Source of the DNA: Vicinamibacterales bacterium
GTDB taxonomy: Bacteria; Acidobacteriota; Vicinamibacteria; Vicinamibacterales; SCN-69-37
DNA: 64,000 nucleotides
NCBI GenBank assembly: GCA_035519535.1
Contig: DATIWF010000104.1
Location: 2,185 to 66,184, forward strand
Direction of reading: 5' to 3'
In this document: positions 37,994 to 47,368 of the stretch, in pieces
Numbering within the stretch: the stretch's first letter is position 1
Layout: every line of letters begins with the position of its first letter
Notes under the pieces: generated by a model
The model's database searches: none
What the model saw: the letters and a program-made list of their open reading frames with translations, nothing else
Told to the model about the DNA's origin: nothing
Position numbers and translations under genes: made by a program

Positions 37994-38527
37994 ATGAAGC
38001 TCACTGTCACGGGCCGCCGCGTGGCCGTCACCGAGGCGATTCGCACGGAGATCGCCCGCAAGCTGCGCCGGCTCGAGCGCGTGCTCAACGACAGCGCGGT
38101 GTCCGCGCAGTGCGTCGTCGGACGCGAGCGGCAGACGTTCTCCTGCGAGCTCACCGTGCACGCGCGCGGCGACCACATGCTGCACGCTGTCGGCCGGGAT
38201 GCCCGGCTGTCGGCCGCCGTCGCCGCGGCCGTGGAGCGGGTCGGCCAGCAGGCGAGCCGCCTGAGCGATCGGTGGAAGACGCGGCGGCGGGCCCCGGGCC
38301 GCGCTTCGGCGCCCGCCGACGGCGGGGAGGGCCGCAGCGCGGCGTCGCCACGCGTCGTGCGCTCGCGTGACTACGCCGTCAAGCCGATGTCGGTCGAGGA
38401 CGCGATGCTCGAGCTCGCCGGCGGCCGGCGCGCGTTTCTCATCTTCCGGCACGCCGCCTCCGAGCGCGTCGCCGTGCTGTTCCGACGGCCCGACGGCCAT
38501 TTCGGGTTGATCGAGCCCGAGGCCTAG
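37994..38527 (+). CDS. hpf: Ribosome hibernation-promoting factor (long HPF, sigma-54 modulation protein family)
   Basis: 177 aa with an N-terminal S30AE domain (MKLTVTGRRVAVTEAIRTEI...) and a C-terminal dimerisation domain (KPMSVEDAMLEL...FRRPDGHFGLIEP). Confidence 0.88.
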   Translation: MKLTVTGRRVAVTEAIRTEIARKLRRLERVLNDSAVSAQCVVGRERQTFSCELTVHARGDHMLHAVGRDARLSAAVAAAVERVGQQASRLSDRWKTRRRAPGRASAPADGGEGRSAASPRVVRSRDYAVKPMSVEDAMLELAGGRRAFLIFRHAASERVAVLFRRPDGHFGLIEPEA

Positions 38528-39511
38528 GTGACGGCGGCCGGCGTCACCGTCGGAGCGTTGCTCGGCGCCCGCGGCGCAGGCAGCGGCCTCGAGCTCGATC
38601 TGCTCGCGGGCGCGTCCGGCCTCGATCGGCGCATCACCCTCCCGTACATCCAGAAGACCGGCCTCGCGCTCGCCGGCTTCGACGAGTATCTGCGCGCCGG
38701 GCGCGTGCTCGTGTTCGGCGAGAGCGAGATCCGCTTTCTCGAGCGCATGGACCCGGCGGCCAGGACGCAGGTGCTGCGGCGCCTGTTCGCGCGCGACTTC
38801 CCGTGCGTGCTGATGACGATGGGGCTCGACGGCCCGGCGGAGCTCGCGGCGGAGGCGGAGCGCGCGAGCGTGCCGCTCGTACGCACGGCGCTCACGACGC
38901 CGGCGGCCATCGCGCGGGTGACGGCGCTGCTCGAAGACCGGCTGGCGCCCCGCGAGACCCGTCACGGCGTGCTGCTCGACATCCTCGGACTCGGGGTGTT
39001 TCTCGTGGGCGAAAGCGGCATCGGCAAGAGCGAGTGCGCGCTCGACCTGGTCGTGCGCGGCCACCGGCTGGTGGCCGACGACACGGTCGAGGTCCGCTGC
39101 CGCGAGCAATCGGTCCTCATCGGCAGCTGCCCCGAGCTCACCCGGCACCACGTCGAGATTCGCGGCCTCGGGCTCGTCAACGTCACCGACCTGTTCGGGG
39201 TCTCGGCCACGCGGTCGTCCAAGCGCATCGAGCTCGTCGTCCAGCTCGAGCGGTGGGAGAGCGGCCGCGAGTACGACCGGCTCGGCCTCGACGCCGAGAC
39301 GATGGAGATCCTGGGCATCCGCGTGCCGTGCGTGCGGATGCCGGTGGCGCCGGGCCGGAATCTCGCGATGCTCGTCGAGGTCGCGGCGCGGAACCAGCTG
39401 CTGCGGAGCCGCGGCCGGCATGCCGCCCGACTGCTCACCGAGCGCCTCGAGCGGCGGCTCGAGCGGCTCGCCGATCGCGACACGGACGATCCGGAGGCCG
39501 ACGAGCTGTGA
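38528..39511 (+). CDS. hprK: HPr kinase/phosphorylase (full length)
   Basis: 327 aa with the P-loop GESGIGKSECALDL, VADD and EIRGLG. GTG start directly after the hpf stop. Confidence 0.92.
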   Translation: MTAAGVTVGALLGARGAGSGLELDLLAGASGLDRRITLPYIQKTGLALAGFDEYLRAGRVLVFGESEIRFLERMDPAARTQVLRRLFARDFPCVLMTMGLDGPAELAAEAERASVPLVRTALTTPAAIARVTALLEDRLAPRETRHGVLLDILGLGVFLVGESGIGKSECALDLVVRGHRLVADDTVEVRCREQSVLIGSCPELTRHHVEIRGLGLVNVTDLFGVSATRSSKRIELVVQLERWESGREYDRLGLDAETMEILGIRVPCVRMPVAPGRNLAMLVEVAARNQLLRSRGRHAARLLTERLERRLERLADRDTDDPEADEL

Positions 39512-40419
39512 CGCGGCTCAGGCACTCCCGTGCCGGCGCGCTGGGCCGCCGCGCGGCCCGGTTCGTCGTCGTCACGGGCATGTCCGGCGCCGGCAAGTCT
39601 CAGGCGATCCGCGCGCTCGAGGACCTGGGCTACTTCTGCGTCGACAATCTGCCGGTCGCGCTCATCCCGACGTTCGCCGACCTCACGCTGTCGAGCCAGG
39701 GCGAGATCCGGCGCGCGGCCGTGGTCGTCGACGTGCGCGAGGGCACGGCGCTCGCGCGGTTCCCGACGGTCTACACGCAGCTCAAGCGCCAGGCCGCGCA
39801 GGCGGTGCGCCTCATGTTCCTCGATGCCGGCGACGCCGCGCTGCTGCGCCGGTTCAGCGAGACGCGCCGGCCGCATCCGCTCGCCGAGGGCCGGTCGGTG
39901 GCCGAGGCGATTCGCGTCGAGCGCCGGCTGCTTCAGCCGATGCGGCGCCTGGCCGATCAGATCCTCGACACCAGCACGCTGAACGTGCACGAGCTGCGCC
40001 GGCGGATTCTGGAGTCGACCAGCGGCGCGGGCACGGCGGCGCCACTCGTCGTGAACGTCCTCAGCTTCGGGTTCGGCCGCGGCGTGCCGCCCGACGCCGA
40101 CCTGCTGTTCGACGTGCGCTTCCTCCCGAATCCGCATTTCGTCACGGCGCTCCGCCCGTGGACGGGGCGCAGCGCGCGCGTCGCCCGGTTCGTCATGCGC
40201 GCGCCCGCGGCGCGGCGGTTCCTCCAGCTCACCGCGGCGCTCCTGCGGTTCCTCGTTCCGCAGTACATCGCGGAGGGCAAGTCGTATCTGACCGTCGCGA
40301 TTGGCTGCACCGGCGGCCGGCACCGGTCGGTGGCGATAGCCGAGGCGCTCGGCAAGCGGCTGCGGGGCCTCCGGGGAATCGAGCTGCAGGTGCGCCACCG
40401 CGATGCGGCCGCTGGATAG
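39508..40419 (+). CDS. rapZ: RNase adapter / nucleotide-binding protein RapZ (YvcJ/YhbJ family)
   Basis: 303 aa from GTG 39508 (GTGA overlap with the hprK stop). It has Walker A GMSGAGKS, DNLP, and the C-terminal IGCTGGRHRSV. Confidence 0.9.
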   Translation: MTRLRHSRAGALGRRAARFVVVTGMSGAGKSQAIRALEDLGYFCVDNLPVALIPTFADLTLSSQGEIRRAAVVVDVREGTALARFPTVYTQLKRQAAQAVRLMFLDAGDAALLRRFSETRRPHPLAEGRSVAEAIRVERRLLQPMRRLADQILDTSTLNVHELRRRILESTSGAGTAAPLVVNVLSFGFGRGVPPDADLLFDVRFLPNPHFVTALRPWTGRSARVARFVMRAPAARRFLQLTAALLRFLVPQYIAEGKSYLTVAIGCTGGRHRSVAIAEALGKRLRGLRGIELQVRHRDAAAG

Positions 40420-40438
40420 GACACGATAGGATGCTCGT

Positions 40439-40882
40439 GTGACGAACGGGGACCGGTCGCTCGGCGTCGTCGTCGTGACGCACGGCCAGCTGGCCAGCGA
40501 ACTGCTCAACGCCGCCGAAATGATCGTCGGCGATTTGCCGGGCTTCGCCGCCGTGTCGATCGGCTGGCAGGATCCGGTCGATACGGCGCGCGAGGCGATC
40601 GAGCGGGCAATCGCCCGGGTGGACCGCGGCGGCGGCGTCCTGCTGCTCACCGACATGTTCGGGGGGACGCCGGCCAACCTCGGCCTGACGTTCCTCGAGG
40701 CCGGGCGCATCGAGGTGGTCACCGGCGTCAATCTGCCGATGCTCATCAAGCTCGCGAAGGCGCCGGAGGGCGATGACCTGCGCGCCCGGGCGCGCGAGCT
40801 GTGCGACCACGGACGCGCGGCGATTCGCGTCGCGTCCGACCTGCTCCGCGCCGACCCCGAGAGCCCGGGCCACGAGGGGTAG
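40439..40882 (+). CDS. PTS EIIA component, mannose/fructose class
   Basis: 147 aa with VVVTHGQLASEL (phosphorylatable His) and LTDMFGGTP. Confidence 0.85.
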   Translation: MTNGDRSLGVVVVTHGQLASELLNAAEMIVGDLPGFAAVSIGWQDPVDTAREAIERAIARVDRGGGVLLLTDMFGGTPANLGLTFLEAGRIEVVTGVNLPMLIKLAKAPEGDDLRARARELCDHGRAAIRVASDLLRADPESPGHEG

Positions 40883-40883
40883 C

Positions 40884-41150
40884 GTGACATCACGCCGCGT
40901 GCCGATCATCAACGCGCTGGGCCTCCACGCGCGCGCCGCCGCCAGGTTCGTCAAGCTGGCCAGCGCGTATCGCAGTCAGATCCGCGTGACGCGCGGACAG
41001 CGGACGATGGACGGCAAGAGCATCCTGGGCCTGCTCCTGCTCGCCGCGGCCCGCGGCAGCCAGATCGAGATCAGCGCCGACGGTCCCGACGAAGCCGAGG
41101 CGCTCGCGGCGCTCTGCGGACTCGTCGCGCAGGGGTTCGAGGAAGCATGA
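40884..41150 (+). CDS. ptsH: Phosphocarrier protein HPr/NPr
   Basis: 88 aa from GTG 40884. The His-15 region is NALGLHARAA and the Ser-46 region is DGKSILGLL, which is compatible with HprK control. Confidence 0.88.
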   Translation: MTSRRVPIINALGLHARAAARFVKLASAYRSQIRVTRGQRTMDGKSILGLLLLAAARGSQIEISADGPDEAEALAALCGLVAQGFEEA

Positions 41151-42913
41151 CCAAGCTCACGGGGCGCGGCGTGGCGCCGGGCATCGCCGTGGGGCGGGCG
41201 GTCGTGGCCGTGCGCGCGGCCCCGCAGGTGCGCTATCGGCTGGCCACGAGCGGCGTGGACCGCGAGCGCCAGCGCCTGCGCGCCGCGCGCGAACGCACGC
41301 GCGTCGAGCTCGAGGAGATCTCCTCGCGCGTGTCGCGGACCGCGGGCCCCGCGCAAGCCGCCATCTTCGCCGCGCAGCTGCTGATGCTCGACGACCCGCT
41401 CCTCACCAAGCGCGCGGACGAGCTCATCCGCCTCGAGCGCATCAACGGCGACTGGGCGCTCGAGCGGGCCATCGCCGAGCTGCACGAGGTCTTCGCGCGG
41501 GAGGGCGACGACTGGCTGCGCGAGCGCGTCGGCGACCTCGCGGACGTCGGCGGGCGCCTGCAGCGCAACCTGCGCCCGGGCCGCGACCCGCTGGTCGACC
41601 TCATCCAGGAGCTCGAGCCGCCGCTCGTCATCGTCGCCGACGAGCTCTCGCCGTCGCTGGCCGCGCAGCTCGACTGGACGCGCGTCCGCGGGCTGATCTG
41701 CGACGTCGGCAGCCCGACGCACCACACGGTGATCCTGGCGCGGTCGCTCGGCGTGCCCGCCGTCGTCGGGCTGGGCGGCGCCACGCAGGTCATTGCACCC
41801 GGGCAGACGCTGGCGGTCGACGGCACCACCGGCGAGGTCGTCGTCGAGCCCAGCGACGAGGCGCTCGAGCGCTGGCGGCAGCGCGCGGAGCTCGCGACGG
41901 CCGCGCTCCGGCGGCTCGACGAGCTGCGGTCCCGGCCGGCCACCACCGCCGACGGGTGGCGGATCCGGCTCGAAGCGAATCTCGAGATCGCGGACGACGT
42001 GGGCCGCGTCCGCGACGCCGGCGCCGAAGGCATCGGCCTGTATCGATCCGAGTTCCTGCTCGACGCGGCGCGCCCGGAGGCCGCGTCCGAAGACGCGCAG
42101 CTCGAGACGTATCACACCCTGCTCGAAGCCATGCGCCCGATGCCGGTGACGATCCGGACGTTCGACGCGGGCGAGGATCGGTGGGGCAGCGACACGCGCG
42201 GCGGCGGCCACCGCGAGCGCTTCGGCCTGCGCGGCATCCGCGCCGCCATCCGCCACGACGAGCGATTCCGCCTCCAGATTCGCGCCCTGCTGCGGGCCGC
42301 GCCGGCCGGGACGCTCCGCATTCTGCTGCCGTTCGTGACGACGCCCGATGAGCTCAGGCAGGCGCGCGCGCTCATCGCGGAGGTCGCGCGCGAGGTGGGC
42401 GCCGTCGCGGCCGTGCCGGTCGGCGCGATGATCGAAGTGCCGGCCGCGGCGCTGACCGTCGACCATCTCGCCGCGCACGCCGATTTCCTGAGCGTCGGCA
42501 CGAACGACCTCATCCAGTACACTCTCGCGATCGACCGGACGGACGAGCGGCTCGCGGGCCACTACGAACCGCGCACGCCCGCCGTCCTGCGGCTGCTGCG
42601 GTCGATCTCGGTGATGGGCCGCCGCGCGAAATGCGACCTGTCGGTCTGCGGCGAGATGGCCGCCGATCCGCTGCTCGTCGGCCTGCTCGTCGGTCTCGGC
42701 TTCCGGACGTTCAGCATGACGCCGGCGGCGATTCCGATCGTCAAGCGCGGGCTGGCCGCCCTCGACGGCGCGCAGGCCGAGGACGTCGCGCGCCGGGCGC
42801 TCCGCGCCGCGTCGGTCGATGACGTGGACGCGCTGCTCGCGCCGATGGCCGATGCGATGCATCGCGCCGCCGTCGCCGTCGCGACGCCGGCGCCAGGAAA
42901 GGATCGTTCATGA
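41147..42913 (+). CDS. ptsI: Phosphoenolpyruvate-protein phosphotransferase (PTS Enzyme I)
   Basis: 588 aa with the phospho-His region GSPTHHTVILARSLGVPAVVG, LSVGTNDLIQY and CGEMA. ATGA overlap with ptsH. Confidence 0.95.
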   Translation: MTKLTGRGVAPGIAVGRAVVAVRAAPQVRYRLATSGVDRERQRLRAARERTRVELEEISSRVSRTAGPAQAAIFAAQLLMLDDPLLTKRADELIRLERINGDWALERAIAELHEVFAREGDDWLRERVGDLADVGGRLQRNLRPGRDPLVDLIQELEPPLVIVADELSPSLAAQLDWTRVRGLICDVGSPTHHTVILARSLGVPAVVGLGGATQVIAPGQTLAVDGTTGEVVVEPSDEALERWRQRAELATAALRRLDELRSRPATTADGWRIRLEANLEIADDVGRVRDAGAEGIGLYRSEFLLDAARPEAASEDAQLETYHTLLEAMRPMPVTIRTFDAGEDRWGSDTRGGGHRERFGLRGIRAAIRHDERFRLQIRALLRAAPAGTLRILLPFVTTPDELRQARALIAEVAREVGAVAAVPVGAMIEVPAAALTVDHLAAHADFLSVGTNDLIQYTLAIDRTDERLAGHYEPRTPAVLRLLRSISVMGRRAKCDLSVCGEMAADPLLVGLLVGLGFRTFSMTPAAIPIVKRGLAALDGAQAEDVARRALRAASVDDVDALLAPMADAMHRAAVAVATPAPGKDRS

Positions 42914-43275
42914 GTGACGTGACGCGTGTGGACAAGCCGTGGGGCTACGAGCTGCACTGGGCCAAGACCGATCGGTACGTCGGCAAAATCATTCACGTCA
43001 ACAAGGGCCACGCGCTGAGCCTCCAGTATCACAATCTCAAGGACGAGACGATCTTCCTGTGGGCCGGAAAGCTGCTGTTCGAGATCGAAGTCGACGGCAC
43101 GCTCGTCGCGCGCGAGATGCGGCCGGGCGAAGCCGTCCACGTCACCCCCAGGACGGTGCATCGCATGACGGCGATCGAGGACTCCGATATCCTGGAGGCC
43201 TCCACGCCCGAGCTGCACGACGTCGTCAGGCTCGAAGATCGCTACGGTCGGACCGATCCAGGCTCGAAGCGTTAG
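42910..43275 (+). CDS. Cupin-domain protein (type II phosphomannose-isomerase C-terminal-like)
   Basis: 121 aa with KPWGYELHW, the cupin motifs GHALSLQYHNLKDE and VHVTPRTVHRM. ATGA overlap with the ptsI stop. Confidence 0.75.
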   Translation: MSDVTRVDKPWGYELHWAKTDRYVGKIIHVNKGHALSLQYHNLKDETIFLWAGKLLFEIEVDGTLVAREMRPGEAVHVTPRTVHRMTAIEDSDILEASTPELHDVVRLEDRYGRTDPGSKR

Positions 43276-43300
43276 GAGCCGGCCCAAGCGGACTCACGCG

Positions 43301-44374
43301 CTAGATCACCGACATGACCGCGTCGTGCACCCTCGGTCGGAGCGCGACCAGGGCGTCGTTCGCGCGCGTCGGGTGCACGCGGTTCGTGAGCCACGCCACG
43401 TAGACGTCGTTGACGGGATCGATCCAGAGCGACGTGCCGGTGAAGCCCGTGTGCCCGAACGCCCGCGGCGACATGCGCGCGCCGCACGAGGAGGTGGGCA
43501 GCATGGTGTCCCAGCCGAGCGCGCGCGAGCTCGCCGGAACGCCCGATCGCGTCGTGAAGCGCGCGATCTCGTCTGGCGAGCCGAGCGCCGTCGGCGCCTG
43601 AAACGTCTCGAGCACGAGCCGCGCGAACGTCCCCACGCCCGCGGCCGTGCCGAACAGGCCGGCGTGACCGGCCACGCCGCCGAGCGCCGCGGCGTTCTCG
43701 TCGTGCACCTCACCCTGCAGCACGCGGCCGCGCCATCCGTCCACTTCGGTGGGCGCCGTGCGATGGCGCCACTCGGCCGGCGGCAGATAGCGCACGCCCG
43801 TGCCCCAGCGCGCGTCGAGATCGGCGAGCTGCCGGTCGAGCGGCGCCCCGACGCTGTCCTCGAGCGCGAACCCGAGCAGGATGAAGCCGAGGTCGGAGTA
43901 GACCGACCGCACGCCGGGGGCGCGATCGAGCGGCAGCGCGGCGAGCGCGCGCTCGACCTCGGCGCGGCCGCGCGCCCGCTCCCACAGCCGCGCGTGCGCA
44001 GGCAGACCGGACGAGTGGTCGAGCAGCTGCCGAACGGTCACGCGCGCTCGATCGGCGCCGCGCCACCACGACAGCCGATCGGCCAGGAGCGTGTCCAGGG
44101 CGATCGCGCCGTCGCGCACCTGGCCCATCGCGATCGACGTCGTCGCGATGACCTTCGTGAGTGAGGCCAGGTCGAAGATCGTATCGACGCCGCACGCCGG
44201 CGAGCCGTCATCGAACGTGAGCCGCCCGAACGCCTCGCGCCACCACGGCATCCGCCGACGGCCGACTTCGATGACGGCCGCGGGATACGCGCGCGATGCC
44301 AGGCCGCCCGCAATCACCTCCCGCACCGGCGCGAACCGCGCGGCGTCCGCGAGGAGCGGCTCGTCGGCGCGCAT
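43301..44374 (-). CDS. Beta-lactamase-fold serine hydrolase (possible AmiE-like MurNAc-L-Ala amidase or D-aminopeptidase)
   Basis: 357 aa with SxxK (ASLTKV), YSD and HTG(FTG) motifs. No signal peptide is evident. Its start directly abuts the stop of the upstream GHL10 gene. Confidence 0.75.
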   Translation of the reverse strand: MRADEPLLADAARFAPVREVIAGGLASRAYPAAVIEVGRRRMPWWREAFGRLTFDDGSPACGVDTIFDLASLTKVIATTSIAMGQVRDGAIALDTLLADRLSWWRGADRARVTVRQLLDHSSGLPAHARLWERARGRAEVERALAALPLDRAPGVRSVYSDLGFILLGFALEDSVGAPLDRQLADLDARWGTGVRYLPPAEWRHRTAPTEVDGWRGRVLQGEVHDENAAALGGVAGHAGLFGTAAGVGTFARLVLETFQAPTALGSPDEIARFTTRSGVPASSRALGWDTMLPTSSCGARMSPRAFGHTGFTGTSLWIDPVNDVYVAWLTNRVHPTRANDALVALRPRVHDAVMSVI

Positions 44375-45628
44375 TCAGCGTGAGGAACCGGCGGGGGGCT
44401 CGAGCAGGACAGGACGCAAGGCGGTGAAATACGCCGAGGGTTCAGGCGAGGCCGTGAGGGCGTCGTACGAAAACAGCAGGACGCCGGCGGCGCCGGCCCG
44501 GCGCGCCAGGCGCAGCCGATCGGCGGTCGTGGCGACCGGGAGCTGATAGGCGCCGACGCCCACCCAGAGCGGCGTCGACGCGGCGGCCGCGCGCGCCTGG
44601 CTCAGCTGATCGGCGAACTCCTTCGGATCGGCCGCGTACGCCATGGGACAGATCGCGTCGAAATCGCCCGCAGCCGCCCACGCCCGCCAGTTCTGCAGCC
44701 GCCGCCCGAGGGCTTCGTCCGCGCTCGGGTTCACGGCGATCGTGACGAGTGCGCGCGGGCGCGCGCGCCGCACCGCGCCGGCCAGCCGCGTGGCGAGCTC
44801 GCTCAGTCGATCGCGGCGATACGCCTCCCAGCTGTCGGGCAGAAAGTTCGTCCACAACATCGGCTCGGTGACCGAGCGTGCGTCGAGCCGCTGGCGCTCC
44901 GCCGCCGGGGTAGCGGCCGCGTGGAGCGCCCGGAACGTCGCAATCGCGCTGCGGCTGTAGTCGAACGCCTCGGTGGGGTAGCGCAGATAGTCGAGGTGGA
45001 CGCCGTCGACGGCGTATTTCGTCGCCACCTCGGTGACGACGCGCGTCGTGTAGGCCTGGGACTCGTCGGCAATGGGCGAAAGATAGAGCCCTTCCACCTG
45101 ACTGGACATCGATCGCGTCCACCGCGCCACCGCGGCCACGTATTCCGGCGACTGGGGATCCACGTCGTGGAGCGCCGCGGCCAGCGCGCTCGGCACCATC
45201 AGCCACTCCGGATGCCGGAACACCACGTGGGCGCGCGAGCGGGGAAGGGTGGCCGCGCTCGCGACGAGATTCACGTTGATCCACGCGTGGACGCGCAGCC
45301 CCGCCTTGTGCGCGAGATCGAGCGTGGTCGCGAGCGGGTCGAAGCTCGCCGGCTCGCCATCGAGCTCGGACGATCGCGGCTCGATGTCGCTCGCGTAGAA
45401 CGCCTCGCCGCGTCCGCGGACCTGCACGAGGAGCGTGTTGAAGCCGCCGGCACGCGCCGCGTCCACCATCGCCGCGATCTGCGTCGGCGACGTCAGCGAC
45501 GTGCGCTGCACCCACAGGCCGCGCGTCTCGTCCGCGGCCGCGAGCGCCGGCGTCAGGGGAGGTTGGAGGATCGCGGCGCCGGCAACCAGGACCAGAAGCA
45601 GCACGACGGCACGGCGCGCGCGGGGCAT
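44375..45628 (-). CDS. Glycoside-hydrolase-like family 10 (GHL10/DUF187) exported protein
   Basis: 417 aa with a signal peptide (MPRARRAVVLLLVLVAGAAIL) and TIM-barrel-like GHL10 blocks (RGLWVQRTSL, GFNTLLVQVRGRGEAFY, GLRVHAWINV, VDGVHLDYLRYP). Confidence 0.75.
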   Translation of the reverse strand: MPRARRAVVLLLVLVAGAAILQPPLTPALAAADETRGLWVQRTSLTSPTQIAAMVDAARAGGFNTLLVQVRGRGEAFYASDIEPRSSELDGEPASFDPLATTLDLAHKAGLRVHAWINVNLVASAATLPRSRAHVVFRHPEWLMVPSALAAALHDVDPQSPEYVAAVARWTRSMSSQVEGLYLSPIADESQAYTTRVVTEVATKYAVDGVHLDYLRYPTEAFDYSRSAIATFRALHAAATPAAERQRLDARSVTEPMLWTNFLPDSWEAYRRDRLSELATRLAGAVRRARPRALVTIAVNPSADEALGRRLQNWRAWAAAGDFDAICPMAYAADPKEFADQLSQARAAAASTPLWVGVGAYQLPVATTADRLRLARRAGAAGVLLFSYDALTASPEPSAYFTALRPVLLEPPAGSSR

Positions 45629-45694
45629 GAGATCCTTTCACGTTAGACGCCACCGTGCGGGGTGTCAACGGGAAATGCGATACGCTTCTGCTCC

Positions 45695-46636
45695 ATGTTC
45701 GTCCTCGGCCTCGACGCGGGCGGCACGAAGACGGTCTGTCTGCTCGCCGACGAACGCGGCCAGATTCTCGCCGAAGCGCGCGGGCCAGGCGCGAACCTGC
45801 AGGCCGGAGGCGAGCTCGAGGTCGAGAAGGCGCTTCACGGGGTCATCGCCGAAGCGCTGGGACGCGATCGCGCCATCCGTCCGGCAGCGATCTGCTGCGG
45901 CATGGCCGGCGTCGATCGCCCGGAGGACACCGCGGTCATCCGCGGCATCCTCACGCGCATCGGTCAGAAAGCCGACCTCCTCATCGTCAACGACGCGCTC
46001 ATCGCGCTCGAAGCCGGGGCGCCGGGCCAGGCGGGCGTCGTGATCGTCGCCGGCACGGGCTCGATCGCCTACGGCCGGGACGACGCCGGCCGCGCGGCGC
46101 GGGCGGGCGGCTGGGGCCACGTGCTGGGCGACGAGGGCAGCGGCTACTGGCTGGGCCGGCAGGCGCTGCAATCGGTCGTGCGGTCGGCTGACGGACGAGG
46201 ACCGGCCACGAAGCTGACCGCCCGCGTGCTCGCCCACTACGGCGTCAGCCGCGCGCAGGATCTCGTGCACCACATCTACTACGGCGGCACGCGGCCGTCG
46301 GCGATCGCCGCGCTCGGGGCCGTGGTCCAGGCGGCCGCCGAGGAGGGCGACGGGATCGCCCGTCAGATCATCGAGACCGGCGCGCTCGAGCTCGCCGCAG
46401 CGGCCGTGTCGGTGGCGACGCGCCTCGCGCTCGACGCCTGTCCCGTCGTGCTGTCCGGCGGGATGTTCCGCGCCGTGCCGCGCCTCCAGACGAGCGTCAG
46501 CCTGCGCGTGAGGCAGGCGCTTCCACACGCCACCATCCAGCCCCTCGCGGTGGAGCCCGCGCTGGGCGCGGTGCGATTCGCGCTCGCCCTCGCGGGAGGC
46601 CATCTGGTGGTGCCGAGCTACGTGGAGGCGTCGTAG
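45695..46636 (+). CDS. BadF/BadG/BcrA/BcrD-type ATPase: N-acetylglucosamine / N-acetylmuramic acid kinase-like
   Basis: 313 aa from ATG 45695 (the track starts at GTG 45662). ASKHA-fold motifs are present: LGLDAGGTKT, IVAGTGSIAYG and GWGHVLGDEGSGYW. Confidence 0.8.
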   Translation: MFVLGLDAGGTKTVCLLADERGQILAEARGPGANLQAGGELEVEKALHGVIAEALGRDRAIRPAAICCGMAGVDRPEDTAVIRGILTRIGQKADLLIVNDALIALEAGAPGQAGVVIVAGTGSIAYGRDDAGRAARAGGWGHVLGDEGSGYWLGRQALQSVVRSADGRGPATKLTARVLAHYGVSRAQDLVHHIYYGGTRPSAIAALGAVVQAAAEEGDGIARQIIETGALELAAAAVSVATRLALDACPVVLSGGMFRAVPRLQTSVSLRVRQALPHATIQPLAVEPALGAVRFALALAGGHLVVPSYVEAS

Positions 46637-47368
46637 GTGCTGCGCTTGGTGATCCATCCCACCGCCGAGGCGGCGTCACGCGGCCTGGCGGATTTTCTCG
46701 CCCGCTCGCTGGAGCGCACGCCTGCGCTCGTCCTCGGCCTGCCGACGGGCCGCACGCCGGTCGCGCTCTACGCTGATCTCGTCCGACTCCATCGCCGCGG
46801 CCGCGCGAGCCTCCGGCGCGCGACGACGTTCAACCTCGACGAGTTCGTGGGGCTCGGGTCGCGCGACCCGCGCAGCTATCACGCGTTCATGCGGCGCCAC
46901 CTGTTCGATCACGTTGATCTCCCGGCGGCGCGCGTTCACATCCCCAACGGCCGTGCGCGCAATCTTCGCCGCGAGGCGGCGCGCTACGAGCGGCAGCTGG
47001 CGGCGGCCGGCGGACTCGACCTCGTCATCCTCGGGATCGGCCACAACGGCCACATCGGCTTCAACGAACCGGGTGCGGCGCTCGAGGCGCGCACGCACTG
47101 CGCGACGCTCCGGTCGCGCACGCGGCGGGACAATGCCTGGCTCTTCGGCGGCGACTGGCACCGGGTGCCGAGGCGCGCGCTCTCGATGGGCATCGGCACC
47201 ATCCTCAGCGCGCGGGGCGTGGTCCTGCTCGCCACCGGCGCCTCCAAGGCGGCGATCGTGCGCCGCGCGATCCGCGGCCCGATCACGACGCGCGTGCCCG
47301 CGTCCCTCCTGCAACTCCACCCGAACGTGGTCGTGGTGCTGGACCGCGCGGCGGCGGCGCGGATCTAG
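46637..47368 (+). CDS. nagB: Glucosamine-6-phosphate deaminase
   Basis: 243 aa with GLPTGRTP, FNLDEFVG and GIGHNGHIGFNEPG. GTG start directly after the preceding stop. Confidence 0.92.
   Translation: MLRLVIHPTAEAASRGLADFLARSLERTPALVLGLPTGRTPVALYADLVRLHRRGRASLRRATTFNLDEFVGLGSRDPRSYHAFMRRHLFDHVDLPAARVHIPNGRARNLRREAARYERQLAAAGGLDLVILGIGHNGHIGFNEPGAALEARTHCATLRSRTRRDNAWLFGGDWHRVPRRALSMGIGTILSARGVVLLATGASKAAIVRRAIRGPITTRVPASLLQLHPNVVVVLDRAAAARI

Noticed and set aside
27291-43275. The 13-gene co-directional run from dnaE to the cupin gene, considered as one functional 'system'.
   Set aside because: The genes belong to unrelated, well-known housekeeping processes (replication, fatty-acid synthesis, recombination, LPS export, sigma-54, PTS). 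Tight packing with ATGA/GTGA overlaps is a general property of this genome segment. Only the sub-clusters reported in findings look functionally meaningful.
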